A stretch of DNA of 64,000 nucleotides from Clostridia bacterium (GTDB lineage Bacteria; Bacillota; Clostridia; UBA1212; UBA1255). The translations under genes and the position numbers were made by a program. Where the stretch lies: contig JAFWZX010000020.1 in NCBI GenBank assembly GCA_017517275.1, positions 6,289 through 70,288 on the forward strand, read 5' to 3'. The notes under the pieces are model-generated. The model was not told the origin of the DNA and made no database searches. It worked only from the letters and a program-made list of their open reading frames with translations. Shown one piece after another: positions 36,184 through 44,578 of this stretch. Numbering within the stretch: the stretch's first letter is position 1; each line of letters starts with the position of its first letter.

Positions 36184-39100
36184 ATGAGCGTTAGACGTAT
36201 TTATGTGGAGAAAATGGAAGGCTTAGACGTAGCCGCAAGCGGACTTCTGGCCGATATTAAGGAAAATCTTGGGATTAAAGGTCTTGAGAAACTTCGTATT
36301 CTTATAAGATATGACGTTGAAAACATCAGTGATGATATTTTCAACAAAGCGAAGACTCTTATCTTCTCGGAACCAAACGTTGACTATACGTATGAAGATA
36401 CTTTTGACATACCGTCAAAGGCACGCGTTTTTGCGGTAGAATATCTTCCCGGACAATTTGATCAACGTGCAGACTCAGCAAGCCAATGTGTACAGATACT
36501 GACACAGGGTCTAAGACCAAACATCAAGGCTGCTACCGTGTATGTACTTAGTGGCGATATCAGTGATGAAGACGTTGCAAAAATTAAAAATTATTGTATC
36601 AACCCTGTAGAATCAAGAGAAGCATCAAGTGAGATTCCGGAAACTTTGGATATGCAACTTGATGTACCTACTACCGTTGCGACAGTAGAGGGTTTCATAG
36701 AAAGTGATGATGCGGCAATTAGTGATATCAGAAAGAAATACAATATAAATATGTCTGTTCAGGATCTTAGCTTCTGCCGTGATTACTTCAAAAATGAAGA
36801 GAAACGTAATCCGACGATTACAGAGATTAAGGTCATTGATACGTATTGGTCTGACCATTGCCGTCATACAACGTTCCTTACCAGATTGAATAACATTAGC
36901 GTTGAAAACGAACTGGTTAAGGAAGCCTTCAATGAATATCTTAAAGTACGCTCCGAACTGTATGCAGGCAGAAATAAAGACGTCTCGCTTATGGATATTG
37001 CTACGATCGGCGGCAAATATCTTAAAAAGACAGGCAAGGCGACGAATCTTGATGAATCGGAAGAGATTAATGCCTGCAGTATTAAAGTTAAAGCTGATAT
37101 TAACGGACAGGAGCAGGATTACCTGATAATGTTTAAAAATGAAACGCATAATCATCCCACGGAGATCGAACCTTTCGGCGGCGCGGCTACGTGCCTCGGC
37201 GGTGCAATCCGCGATCCGTTATCAGGAAGATCTTACGTTTATCAGGCAATGCGTGTTACAGGCAGCGCAGATCCCACTGTACCTGTAAGTGCTACGATAA
37301 AAGGCAAATTGCCTCAAAGAAAAATAACAACAGGTGCCGCTGCAGGATATAGTTCATACGGTAACCAGATTGGTCTGGCAACCGGTCACGTTCGCGAAAT
37401 ATATCATCCGGGCTATATGGCTAAGAGAATGGAAATCGGTGCGGTTATCGCGGCAGCCCCTGCTGAAAACGTAATAAGAGAAAGACCGGACGTAGGAGAC
37501 GTAATCATTCTCCTGGGCGGAAGAACAGGTCGCGACGGCATCGGCGGCGCAACAGGCTCATCAAAAGAGCACACAACAGAATCCGTTACCACGTGTGGCT
37601 CTGAAGTACAAAAAGGTAATGCACCTACGGAAAGAAAACTTCAAAGACTTTTCAGAAATCCCAATGCATCTCGCCTTATTAAAAGATGTAACGACTTCGG
37701 TGCAGGCGGTGTTTGCGTAGCAATAGGTGAGTTGGCTCCCGCACTTGATATAAATCTTGATTTGGTTCTCAAGAAGTATGAGGGATTAGACGGCACGGAG
37801 CTTGCTATTTCTGAATCGCAGGAGAGAATGGCTGTTGTAGTTGCAAGCAAGGATGCTGATAAATTCATGGAGCTTGCCGGAGTTGAGAATTTGGAATCTG
37901 TTAAGGTGGCACACGTTACTGATACAGGCAGACTTAAAATGACGTGGAATGGGAATACAATTGTAAACATTTCACGTGAGTTCCTTGATACAAACGGCGT
38001 TACACAGGAAAGTGATATTTGCGTTTCGGCAAGCGATAGCAGAGCCTTGGTTGAAAAGGCTAAGAAGGGCAAATATGCTAACTGGCATGAAATGTTAAGA
38101 AGTCTTGAGTGTGCATCACAAAAGGGACTTGAAGAGAGATTCGACTCCACTATAGGTGCAGGCACTGTTCTTATGCCTTACGGCGGAAAATATCAGATGT
38201 CTCCCCAAGACGGTATGGCCGCAAAGATTCCTCTGGAAAAGGGCGACACGACAACAGGTACAATAATGACATTCGGCTACGATCCGTATATTTCTGAGGC
38301 TGATGCTTACCTTGGTTCGATATATGCGGTTATCAGCTCTTTGGCAAAACATACGGCGATAGGTGGACTGTACTCCGACGTACGACTTACATTCCAGGAA
38401 TATTTTGAGAAGCTTGGCACAAAAGCTCAGACGTGGGGAAAACCTTTTGCAGCTCTCTTAGGCGGACTTCATGCCCAACTTAAGATCGGTATTCCTGCAA
38501 TAGGCGGTAAAGACTCTATGTCAGGTACTTTTGAGAATATTCACGTACCGCCGACGCTGTGCTCTTTTGCAGTATCCGCGTGTGACGTAAGAAAGGTTAT
38601 TTCAACAGAATTTAAAAACAGCGGCAGCAACGTTATTGTTTATTCAATGCCGATTTGTGCTGACGGCATGCCTGATATGGACAATATGATGACAGAATAT
38701 GCAAATATTCATGAATTGATTGGCAGCGGCAAGATTGTTGGCGCAAAAGTTGTAGAGCGCGGAGGTATAGCCCGCAGCATTTGCATGATGGCCTTTGGTA
38801 ATAAATACGGCTTTACGTTTGATGCCGGTGCATGGGACAAATTTGCTGACAACATTTTTGATGCGCGTTACGGAGATATTGTTTTGGAGCTTGCCGCAGG
38901 TCAAAGTCTTGATTCACTTTGCCTTGACAAGTCTGTGTACACTCACCTGGGAACAGTAACGGATAACGGAATAATCAGTGCCGGCAATTGTGAAATGTGT
39001 GTACAGGAGCTTTTAGACAGCTGGAGAGGTAAGTTAGATAGAGTATTCCCTGAACTCGGAAAGAAACTCGACGTATCCGACAGCGCGGCAAATATACCGC

Positions 39101-39942
39101 TTGTTAAAGCGTCTGTGATGAATAAATCAAAGGTGAAAATAGCAAAACCTCGTGTATTCATACCTGTTTTCCCCGGTACAAACTGTGAATATGATACTGC
39201 AAAGGCTTTCGAAAATGCCGGAGCGCAGGTTGAAACACTTGTATTTAGAAATATTACGGCAAGCGATATTGAAGAGACTGTAACGGCAATGACAAAGCTT
39301 ATTAATAATTCCCAGATTGTTATGCTTCCGGGTGGATTTAGTGCAGGCGACGAGCCGGAAGGTTCCGGTAAATTCATTGCAACCGTATTCCGCAATCCGG
39401 CAATATCAGAGGCTGTGTCAGAACTGCTCAAAAACAGAGACGGTCTTATGCTGGGCATTTGTAATGGGTTCCAGGCTCTTATAAAGCTGGGACTTGTTCC
39501 GTACGGTGAGATTAAAGCTCTGGACAAGAAAGATCCAACACTTACTTTCAATACAATCGGCAGACATATTTCACGCTATGCCTTTACTCGCGTTACGTCC
39601 AATAAATCTCCTTGGCTTTGGGCTACTGAAGCAGGAGATGTCCATGCGATTCCTATTTCACACGGCGAGGGTAGATTTATTGCAGATGATGACGTACTTG
39701 CAAAGCTTATTGCAAACGGCCAGATTGCAACTCAATACGTTGATGAATCCGGTAACGTAAGCATGGATCCGCTATGGAATCCAAACGGCAGCTGCCTTGC
39801 TATTGAGGGTATTACGAGTGCTGACGGCAGAGTCCTTGGTAAAATGGGTCATTCGGAGAGAAAGGGCGCTTCAATCGGCAAGAACATACCTTACTGTAAA
39901 GATCAAAAGCTGTTTGAGTCAGGCGTAGCATATTTTAAATAA
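36184..39942 (+). CDS. purL: Phosphoribosylformylglycinamidine (FGAM) synthase, large single-chain form
   Basis: 1252 aa with an N-terminal PurS-like region, a duplicated AIR-synthase-like core (NHPTEIEPFGGAATCLGG; ELAISESQERM) and a C-terminal GATase domain (LGICNGFQAL, HGEGRF). Confidence 0.95.
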   Translation: MSVRRIYVEKMEGLDVAASGLLADIKENLGIKGLEKLRILIRYDVENISDDIFNKAKTLIFSEPNVDYTYEDTFDIPSKARVFAVEYLPGQFDQRADSASQCVQILTQGLRPNIKAATVYVLSGDISDEDVAKIKNYCINPVESREASSEIPETLDMQLDVPTTVATVEGFIESDDAAISDIRKKYNINMSVQDLSFCRDYFKNEEKRNPTITEIKVIDTYWSDHCRHTTFLTRLNNISVENELVKEAFNEYLKVRSELYAGRNKDVSLMDIATIGGKYLKKTGKATNLDESEEINACSIKVKADINGQEQDYLIMFKNETHNHPTEIEPFGGAATCLGGAIRDPLSGRSYVYQAMRVTGSADPTVPVSATIKGKLPQRKITTGAAAGYSSYGNQIGLATGHVREIYHPGYMAKRMEIGAVIAAAPAENVIRERPDVGDVIILLGGRTGRDGIGGATGSSKEHTTESVTTCGSEVQKGNAPTERKLQRLFRNPNASRLIKRCNDFGAGGVCVAIGELAPALDINLDLVLKKYEGLDGTELAISESQERMAVVVASKDADKFMELAGVENLESVKVAHVTDTGRLKMTWNGNTIVNISREFLDTNGVTQESDICVSASDSRALVEKAKKGKYANWHEMLRSLECASQKGLEERFDSTIGAGTVLMPYGGKYQMSPQDGMAAKIPLEKGDTTTGTIMTFGYDPYISEADAYLGSIYAVISSLAKHTAIGGLYSDVRLTFQEYFEKLGTKAQTWGKPFAALLGGLHAQLKIGIPAIGGKDSMSGTFENIHVPPTLCSFAVSACDVRKVISTEFKNSGSNVIVYSMPICADGMPDMDNMMTEYANIHELIGSGKIVGAKVVERGGIARSICMMAFGNKYGFTFDAGAWDKFADNIFDARYGDIVLELAAGQSLDSLCLDKSVYTHLGTVTDNGIISAGNCEMCVQELLDSWRGKLDRVFPELGKKLDVSDSAANIPLVKASVMNKSKVKIAKPRVFIPVFPGTNCEYDTAKAFENAGAQVETLVFRNITASDIEETVTAMTKLINNSQIVMLPGGFSAGDEPEGSGKFIATVFRNPAISEAVSELLKNRDGLMLGICNGFQALIKLGLVPYGEIKALDKKDPTLTFNTIGRHISRYAFTRVTSNKSPWLWATEAGDVHAIPISHGEGRFIADDDVLAKLIANGQIATQYVDESGNVSMDPLWNPNGSCLAIEGITSADGRVLGKMGHSERKGASIGKNIPYCKDQKLFESGVAYFK

Positions 39943-39959
39943 TACTCAGGAGGTACACT

Positions 39960-40754
39960 GTGAAAATCGGTTTTATAGGTTCCGGTAATATGGGTGGTGC
40001 TATCATTAAGGCTGTGGCCGGCAAAAGTAGTCACGACCTATACGTATATGACAAAGATCAGGGCAAAGTAAATGCCCTGGTTACTGGATGTGGCATAAAA
40101 GCAACGCAAAGTATTGCGGCTGTAGTTATTGAATGTGACGTTATCTTTATCTGTGTAAAGCCGAACGTTATCTCGACAGTACTTGAGGCAATAAAAAACG
40201 TAAGTTGCTACGCAGATAAGACTTATGTATCAATAGCCGCCGGTGTAAAGGTGAATGTATTTACTGATATATTGGGCTCTGTTCATCTTGTTCGCACTAT
40301 GCCAAATCTTCCTGCAATGGTGGGAGAGGGCTTTACTGTTGCATATTTTCACAATATGGAAGATAAAATATCGCTTAAAGACGAATTGATGAGCTTGTTT
40401 AAAATGTTCGGTAAAGCAATTTGCGTTGACAGCGAGAAGTATGTTGATAAATGTATTTCAGTAACGTCAAGCAGTCCTGCTTATATATGTATGGTGATAG
40501 AGGCCATGGCAGACGGTGCTGTAAGAGCGGGGTTCTCACGTAAAGATGCCTATGAGATGGTAGCTCAAACGGTGTACGGCACTGCAAAATATCTGTTGGA
40601 TACCGGAATGCATCCGGCGCAGCTTAAGGACGCTGTTTGTTCACCGGCAGGCACTACTATTGAAGCTGTAGCAAGCTTGGAAGAAGACGGACTGCGTGCG
40701 GCACTTATCAAGGCAATGGAGAGATGTGAGAAGAAAGCAGAAGGTAAGATATGA
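39960..40754 (+). CDS. proC: Pyrroline-5-carboxylate reductase
   Basis: MKIGFIGSGNMGGAII Rossmann N-terminus and C-terminal SPAGTTIEA motif. GTG start lies after GGAGG. Confidence 0.9.
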   Translation: MKIGFIGSGNMGGAIIKAVAGKSSHDLYVYDKDQGKVNALVTGCGIKATQSIAAVVIECDVIFICVKPNVISTVLEAIKNVSCYADKTYVSIAAGVKVNVFTDILGSVHLVRTMPNLPAMVGEGFTVAYFHNMEDKISLKDELMSLFKMFGKAICVDSEKYVDKCISVTSSSPAYICMVIEAMADGAVRAGFSRKDAYEMVAQTVYGTAKYLLDTGMHPAQLKDAVCSPAGTTIEAVASLEEDGLRAALIKAMERCEKKAEGKI

Positions 40755-41761
40755 ACCAGGTCCTTTTGTATACTGACGGAGCTTGTTCAGGCAATCCCGG
40801 ACCGGGAGGATATGCAGCTATATTAGTTTGCGGTCCTCATGAGAAAGTAATAAAAGGAGGAGAGGCTGAGACTACCAATAACAGGATGGAACTTCTGGCT
40901 GTTATCGAAGGTCTTAGATGTCTTAAAGATAAATGTCGAGTTACAGTGTATTCTGACAGTTCCTACGTTATTAATTCTTTTACCAAGGGATGGATATACG
41001 GCTGGAAAAAAGCAGGCTGGAAGAGAAAAGACGGTCCTCTTAAGAACGTTGAGCTGATTAAGGAACTGTATAATCTCAGTCTGCAGCATGATATTACCTG
41101 GGAATGGGTAAAGGGTCATGCAGATAATGATTACAATAACAGATGTGATAAACTTGCAGTAGAAATGAGCAATTCATATAAAGAGCAAGAGCCTGTGAAA
41201 AAGGAACGGGATGAATTCTACGCTGGTGAATTAGAGGAAAAAGAAGTTTGCCGTGAAAATTATTTCAACGGAAAAGTTTTCAAAGTGGACGTTTTGGACG
41301 TTTTGCTCCCGGACAATAGTACAGGCAAACGAGAAATTGTATATCACGAAGGCGGCGCAGCTGTTGTTGCTGTTGACGGAGACAAGAACGTATATATGGT
41401 AAAGCAGTATCGAATTGCCACCGGAAGGGAAATGCTGGAAATACCGGCAGGAAAGTTGGAAACGGGTGAGGAGCCGATAAACTGCGCCGTAAGAGAACTT
41501 ACAGAAGAGACGGGCATGAAAGCAAGTGAAGTCGTAAAGCTCTGTTCTTATTATGCAACTCCCGGCTACTGTACGGAAAAGCTTCATATTTTTCTTGCTC
41601 GCGGACTTGTACAGGATAGGCCTCACCGGGATGAAGGAGAGTTCCTACATGTAGTGAAGATTCCGTTAGACCAGGTTGTCCAAATGATAAAAGACGGCAA
41701 AATACAAGACGGAAAAACAATTAACGGTATTCTTACTGCCGTAAGTTTTTATATTAATTGA
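40751..41761 (+). CDS. rnhA: Fusion protein: RNase HI domain + Nudix hydrolase (ADP-ribose pyrophosphatase-like) domain
   Basis: The N-terminal ~145 aa read LYTDGACSGNPGPGGYA...NNRMELLA...VYSDSSY...KGHADNDYNNRCDKLA, giving the RNase HI D-E-D-H/D catalytic set. The C-terminal ~185 aa read VKQYRIATGREMLEIPAGKLETGEEPINCAVRELTEETGM, a perfect Nudix box G-x5-E-x7-REUxEExGU in a NudF-type context. The whole is one uninterrupted 336-aa frame. Confidence 0.85.
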   Translation: MNQVLLYTDGACSGNPGPGGYAAILVCGPHEKVIKGGEAETTNNRMELLAVIEGLRCLKDKCRVTVYSDSSYVINSFTKGWIYGWKKAGWKRKDGPLKNVELIKELYNLSLQHDITWEWVKGHADNDYNNRCDKLAVEMSNSYKEQEPVKKERDEFYAGELEEKEVCRENYFNGKVFKVDVLDVLLPDNSTGKREIVYHEGGAAVVAVDGDKNVYMVKQYRIATGREMLEIPAGKLETGEEPINCAVRELTEETGMKASEVVKLCSYYATPGYCTEKLHIFLARGLVQDRPHRDEGEFLHVVKIPLDQVVQMIKDGKIQDGKTINGILTAVSFYIN

Positions 41762-41776
41762 ATCAGGAGGTAGCAA

Positions 41777-42661
41777 ATGGAATACATTCTTACAACAGAC
41801 AGAATTACTAAGCGTTATAAGAAATGTACAGCTGTAAACGAAGTAAGTATTCATATCCAAAAGGGTGATATTTACGGTATTATCGGAAAGAATGGTGCAG
41901 GTAAAACGACGATACTTAAGCTGATAAGCGGCCTTATTTATCCTACGTCAGGTAGCGTGAATATGAACTGTAAGGTTGGTGCGTTAATCGAAAGCCCCGG
42001 ATTTTATTCAAATATGACGGCTGTTGAAAACGTAAGGCTTAAGATGACATATTCAAGTATTGAGGACAAAGGTCTTGCACGTGAATTGATTACGCTTGTT
42101 GGTTTAGACCCTGACAGTGGCAAAAAAGCAGGTGACTTCTCTCTGGGTATGAAGCAGCGCCTTGGTATTGCAATGGCTCTTGTTGGTGATCCTGAACTTA
42201 TGGTATTGGATGAGCCTATCAACGGACTTGATCCTCAGGGTATTGTTGAAATTCGTGACATTATTCACAAGTTGAATAAGGAAAGAGGCATTACGTTTAT
42301 TATTGCCAGCCATATTCTGGAAGAACTTTCTAAAACAGCCACAAGATACGGCATTATCAATGACGGCAGATTAATCCTTGAACTGTCAAATGAGGAGCTG
42401 AACGCAAGACTGTCAGAACACATAATCATGCAGGTCGACGATATGGTCAAAGCGTACGCAGTTCTTACGGAAAAGGGGTATACTTCCGTTAAAAGAGATA
42501 CTGCAGGACATATGTACGTTTTTGACAAGGATGCAGACAGCGCTGATATCGTGGAGATTCTTGTTCTTGCCGGCGTGAAAGTTTATTCGGTGCATAAGAA
42601 TAAGGAATCATTAGAAGAGTATTATATCAGTGTTACTACAGGCAAAGGAGGGATCCGCTGA
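41777..42661 (+). CDS. ABC transporter ATP-binding protein (BcrA/ABC-2-type subfamily)
   Basis: Walker A GKNGAGKTT, signature variant FSLGMKQRLGIA, and Walker B LMVLDEPINGLD. AGGAGG RBS. Confidence 0.85.
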   Translation: MEYILTTDRITKRYKKCTAVNEVSIHIQKGDIYGIIGKNGAGKTTILKLISGLIYPTSGSVNMNCKVGALIESPGFYSNMTAVENVRLKMTYSSIEDKGLARELITLVGLDPDSGKKAGDFSLGMKQRLGIAMALVGDPELMVLDEPINGLDPQGIVEIRDIIHKLNKERGITFIIASHILEELSKTATRYGIINDGRLILELSNEELNARLSEHIIMQVDDMVKAYAVLTEKGYTSVKRDTAGHMYVFDKDADSADIVEILVLAGVKVYSVHKNKESLEEYYISVTTGKGGIR

Positions 42662-43473
42662 TGAAAGGTATTATTAAAGGTGAATTTACCAGATTGGTAA
42701 AAAACAAGCTGACCTGGATTTTTCTTATTGTATCTGTTGCGGCAGTTTTTATTACTACCGGAACGTATGCATTGATGAACCTTCTGATGGAAACAACAGG
42801 ATCAGCGGATGCTTTAATGGGGGACATATTTGGAATTTATGATTTCAAGAGTTTGTATAATTTAACGTATAATTCCGACCTTATTATTCTTGTGATAACT
42901 GTTATGACTGTGTTGTATGCAAGCCAGCCCTACAGAAGCGGTTTTATTAAAACTATTACAAATGTGGTAACTCCAAAGTATAAGCTTATTATTCCCGAGT
43001 ACATTTGTGTTTTCACATATGCCGTACTCGTATCATTTGTCTCCGGTATAGCTGTTTTTGCATTTGGAAGTCTTATGTTCAAAGGTTTCTTTGCTTCACT
43101 TACTTTGAAAGGAATTCTTAAGATTGTTGCTTTCGTGGCAGCTCATTCTTTGTTGCTGGGCAGTTTCGCATGTATGACTGCAGGTATTACAAACGTGCTG
43201 AAGAATACAGCTTTGTCATTGATTTCCAACTTATTGTACGCCTGCGGTTTCGGAACAATTATTTACCAGCTGATTACGTTACTGTTAAATAAGCTTGACG
43301 TTGTCAAGGAGGACTTTACGTTGGTTGAGTACACTGTCATCGGCAACGTTTACGGCATGACGGTTGACTCTCTGGCAGACGATATAATCAGAGTTGTAAT
43401 CGTATGTATAATCGTTGTATGGTCTTCTGCGATGTTCTCTTCTATGATGATGGAAAAGCAGGATATAAAATAA
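42661..43473 (+). CDS. ABC-2-type transporter permease (multi-TM membrane protein)
   Basis: 270 aa with about 6 hydrophobic segments. It is translationally coupled (GCTGATG overlap) to the preceding ATPase gene. There is no other motif. Confidence 0.7.
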   Translation: MKGIIKGEFTRLVKNKLTWIFLIVSVAAVFITTGTYALMNLLMETTGSADALMGDIFGIYDFKSLYNLTYNSDLIILVITVMTVLYASQPYRSGFIKTITNVVTPKYKLIIPEYICVFTYAVLVSFVSGIAVFAFGSLMFKGFFASLTLKGILKIVAFVAAHSLLLGSFACMTAGITNVLKNTALSLISNLLYACGFGTIIYQLITLLLNKLDVVKEDFTLVEYTVIGNVYGMTVDSLADDIIRVVIVCIIVVWSSAMFSSMMMEKQDIK

Positions 43474-43493
43474 TAAAGGTAACGATAAAAAAA

Positions 43494-43530
43494 CAGCGTC
43501 GTGTTTATTGCCACGACGCTGCTTTTTTAT
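43494..43530. terminator. Bidirectional rho-independent terminator
   Basis: CAGCGTCGTG (43494-43503) pairs with CACGACGCTG (43512-43521). It is flanked by an A-run upstream and TTTTTT downstream, so it serves the convergent permease (+) and SASP (-) genes. Confidence 0.7.
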
Positions 43531-43533
43531 AGA

Positions 43534-43710
43534 TTAGTTATTTTTGTTGTTTTTAGCATACTGCTCAAAAACCTTCTGTGTGATTCTGCCACCGATAGAA
43601 CCATTTTCTCTTGAAGTTTTGTCGCCGTTATAACCATGATTAAGCTGTAAGCCGAGTTCGTTTGCTACCTCATACTTCATCTGGTCAAAAGCACTGTTTT
43701 TCTTTGCCAT
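43534..43710 (-). CDS. Small acid-soluble spore protein, alpha/beta type (58 aa; below ORF-track cut-off)
   Basis: The reverse-strand translation is MAKKNSAFDQMKYEVANELGLQLNHGYNGDKTSRENGSIGGRITQKVFEQYAKNNKNN. K-x-E-(I/V)-A-x-E-L-G and T-S-R-x-N-G-S-(V/I)-G-G-x-I-T are the two conserved alpha/beta SASP blocks. The RBS is GGTGAAAAAGG. Confidence 0.85.
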   Translation of the reverse strand: MAKKNSAFDQMKYEVANELGLQLNHGYNGDKTSRENGSIGGRITQKVFEQYAKNNKNN

Positions 43711-43816
43711 CCTTTTTCACCACACTTATAATCAAATAGTTGCAAGATGATTTATCACCTTGCAACTATATTTTTAGCAATTTTTCTTTATGTATTCAGG
43801 AAAAAGATGGCAAAAA

Positions 43817-44578
43817 TCACATGAGCATTTTCACGATTTTCCAAAAAGGCTGTGTGAATAATGAGAAAATTGCGTTTGTAGGAGTACCGATTATTGCTCC
43901 GTGAATAGCAGGGAAGAACGTGATAATCATTATAAAGCCTATGAATATGAAAAAGTTATATTTTTCAATGTTGTACATTGTGCGGGCAAATCTGTATGGA
44001 ATAAAGTTAACGATTAACCTATATCCGTCAAATCCCGGAAGGGGAAGCAGGAAGAATATGGTAAGATAAATGGATATCTCCACGATTCTCATCAAAACAA
44101 TCAGGATACAGCTGTACGTTACAGCACCGTTACTTACGTTGACCATGCTCTTAAGAAGTGCCATAGGAGCGGTCAGGTACGGTACGAAGCTTGGCTCATA
44201 TACAAGATCAAAGAAGGATCCGATATAGAATAATATAAAAAATAGCAGTGATGCAATAAATGCAAGTAATAATCCAAAAACAGGTGCTGACAGTATTTGT
44301 ATTGCAGTGCCTGCCTTTACGTTTTTATAGTTGCGAGAGTTTGTCGGTACTGTCTTGCCAAATCCGAATCCTAATATAATCAGGCATATGAAGCCGATGA
44401 TATTAATATGTGCCAGCGGATTAAGAGAAAGAAAACCGTTTAGTGCGGGCGTGTCATCACCAAGTCGCCGAGCTGTCCACGCTTGCCCATAGCCTCTTGC
44501 AGTAAAAAAAAGCAAATAGGCGGGGATACTCAACAATGTAATTACTATTTCTGTATAATCAAAAGAACTTTGAAACAT
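43817..44578 (-). CDS. Site-2 protease (peptidase M50B)-family membrane protein with degenerate active site
   Basis: ARRLGDDTPALNGFLSLNPLAHINIIGF...FGFGKTVP and LLPLPGFDGYRL align with the M50B pattern HExxHxxxAxxLGDxTAxxxGRLTLNPLxHIDxxG...PxxPLDG. The HExxH position, however, reads R-G-Y-G-Q. The start is ATG 44578 after GGAGG (MFQSSF). Confidence 0.7.
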   Translation of the reverse strand: MFQSSFDYTEIVITLLSIPAYLLFFTARGYGQAWTARRLGDDTPALNGFLSLNPLAHINIIGFICLIILGFGFGKTVPTNSRNYKNVKAGTAIQILSAPVFGLLLAFIASLLFFILFYIGSFFDLVYEPSFVPYLTAPMALLKSMVNVSNGAVTYSCILIVLMRIVEISIYLTIFFLLPLPGFDGYRLIVNFIPYRFARTMYNIEKYNFFIFIGFIMIITFFPAIHGAIIGTPTNAIFSLFTQPFWKIVKMLM

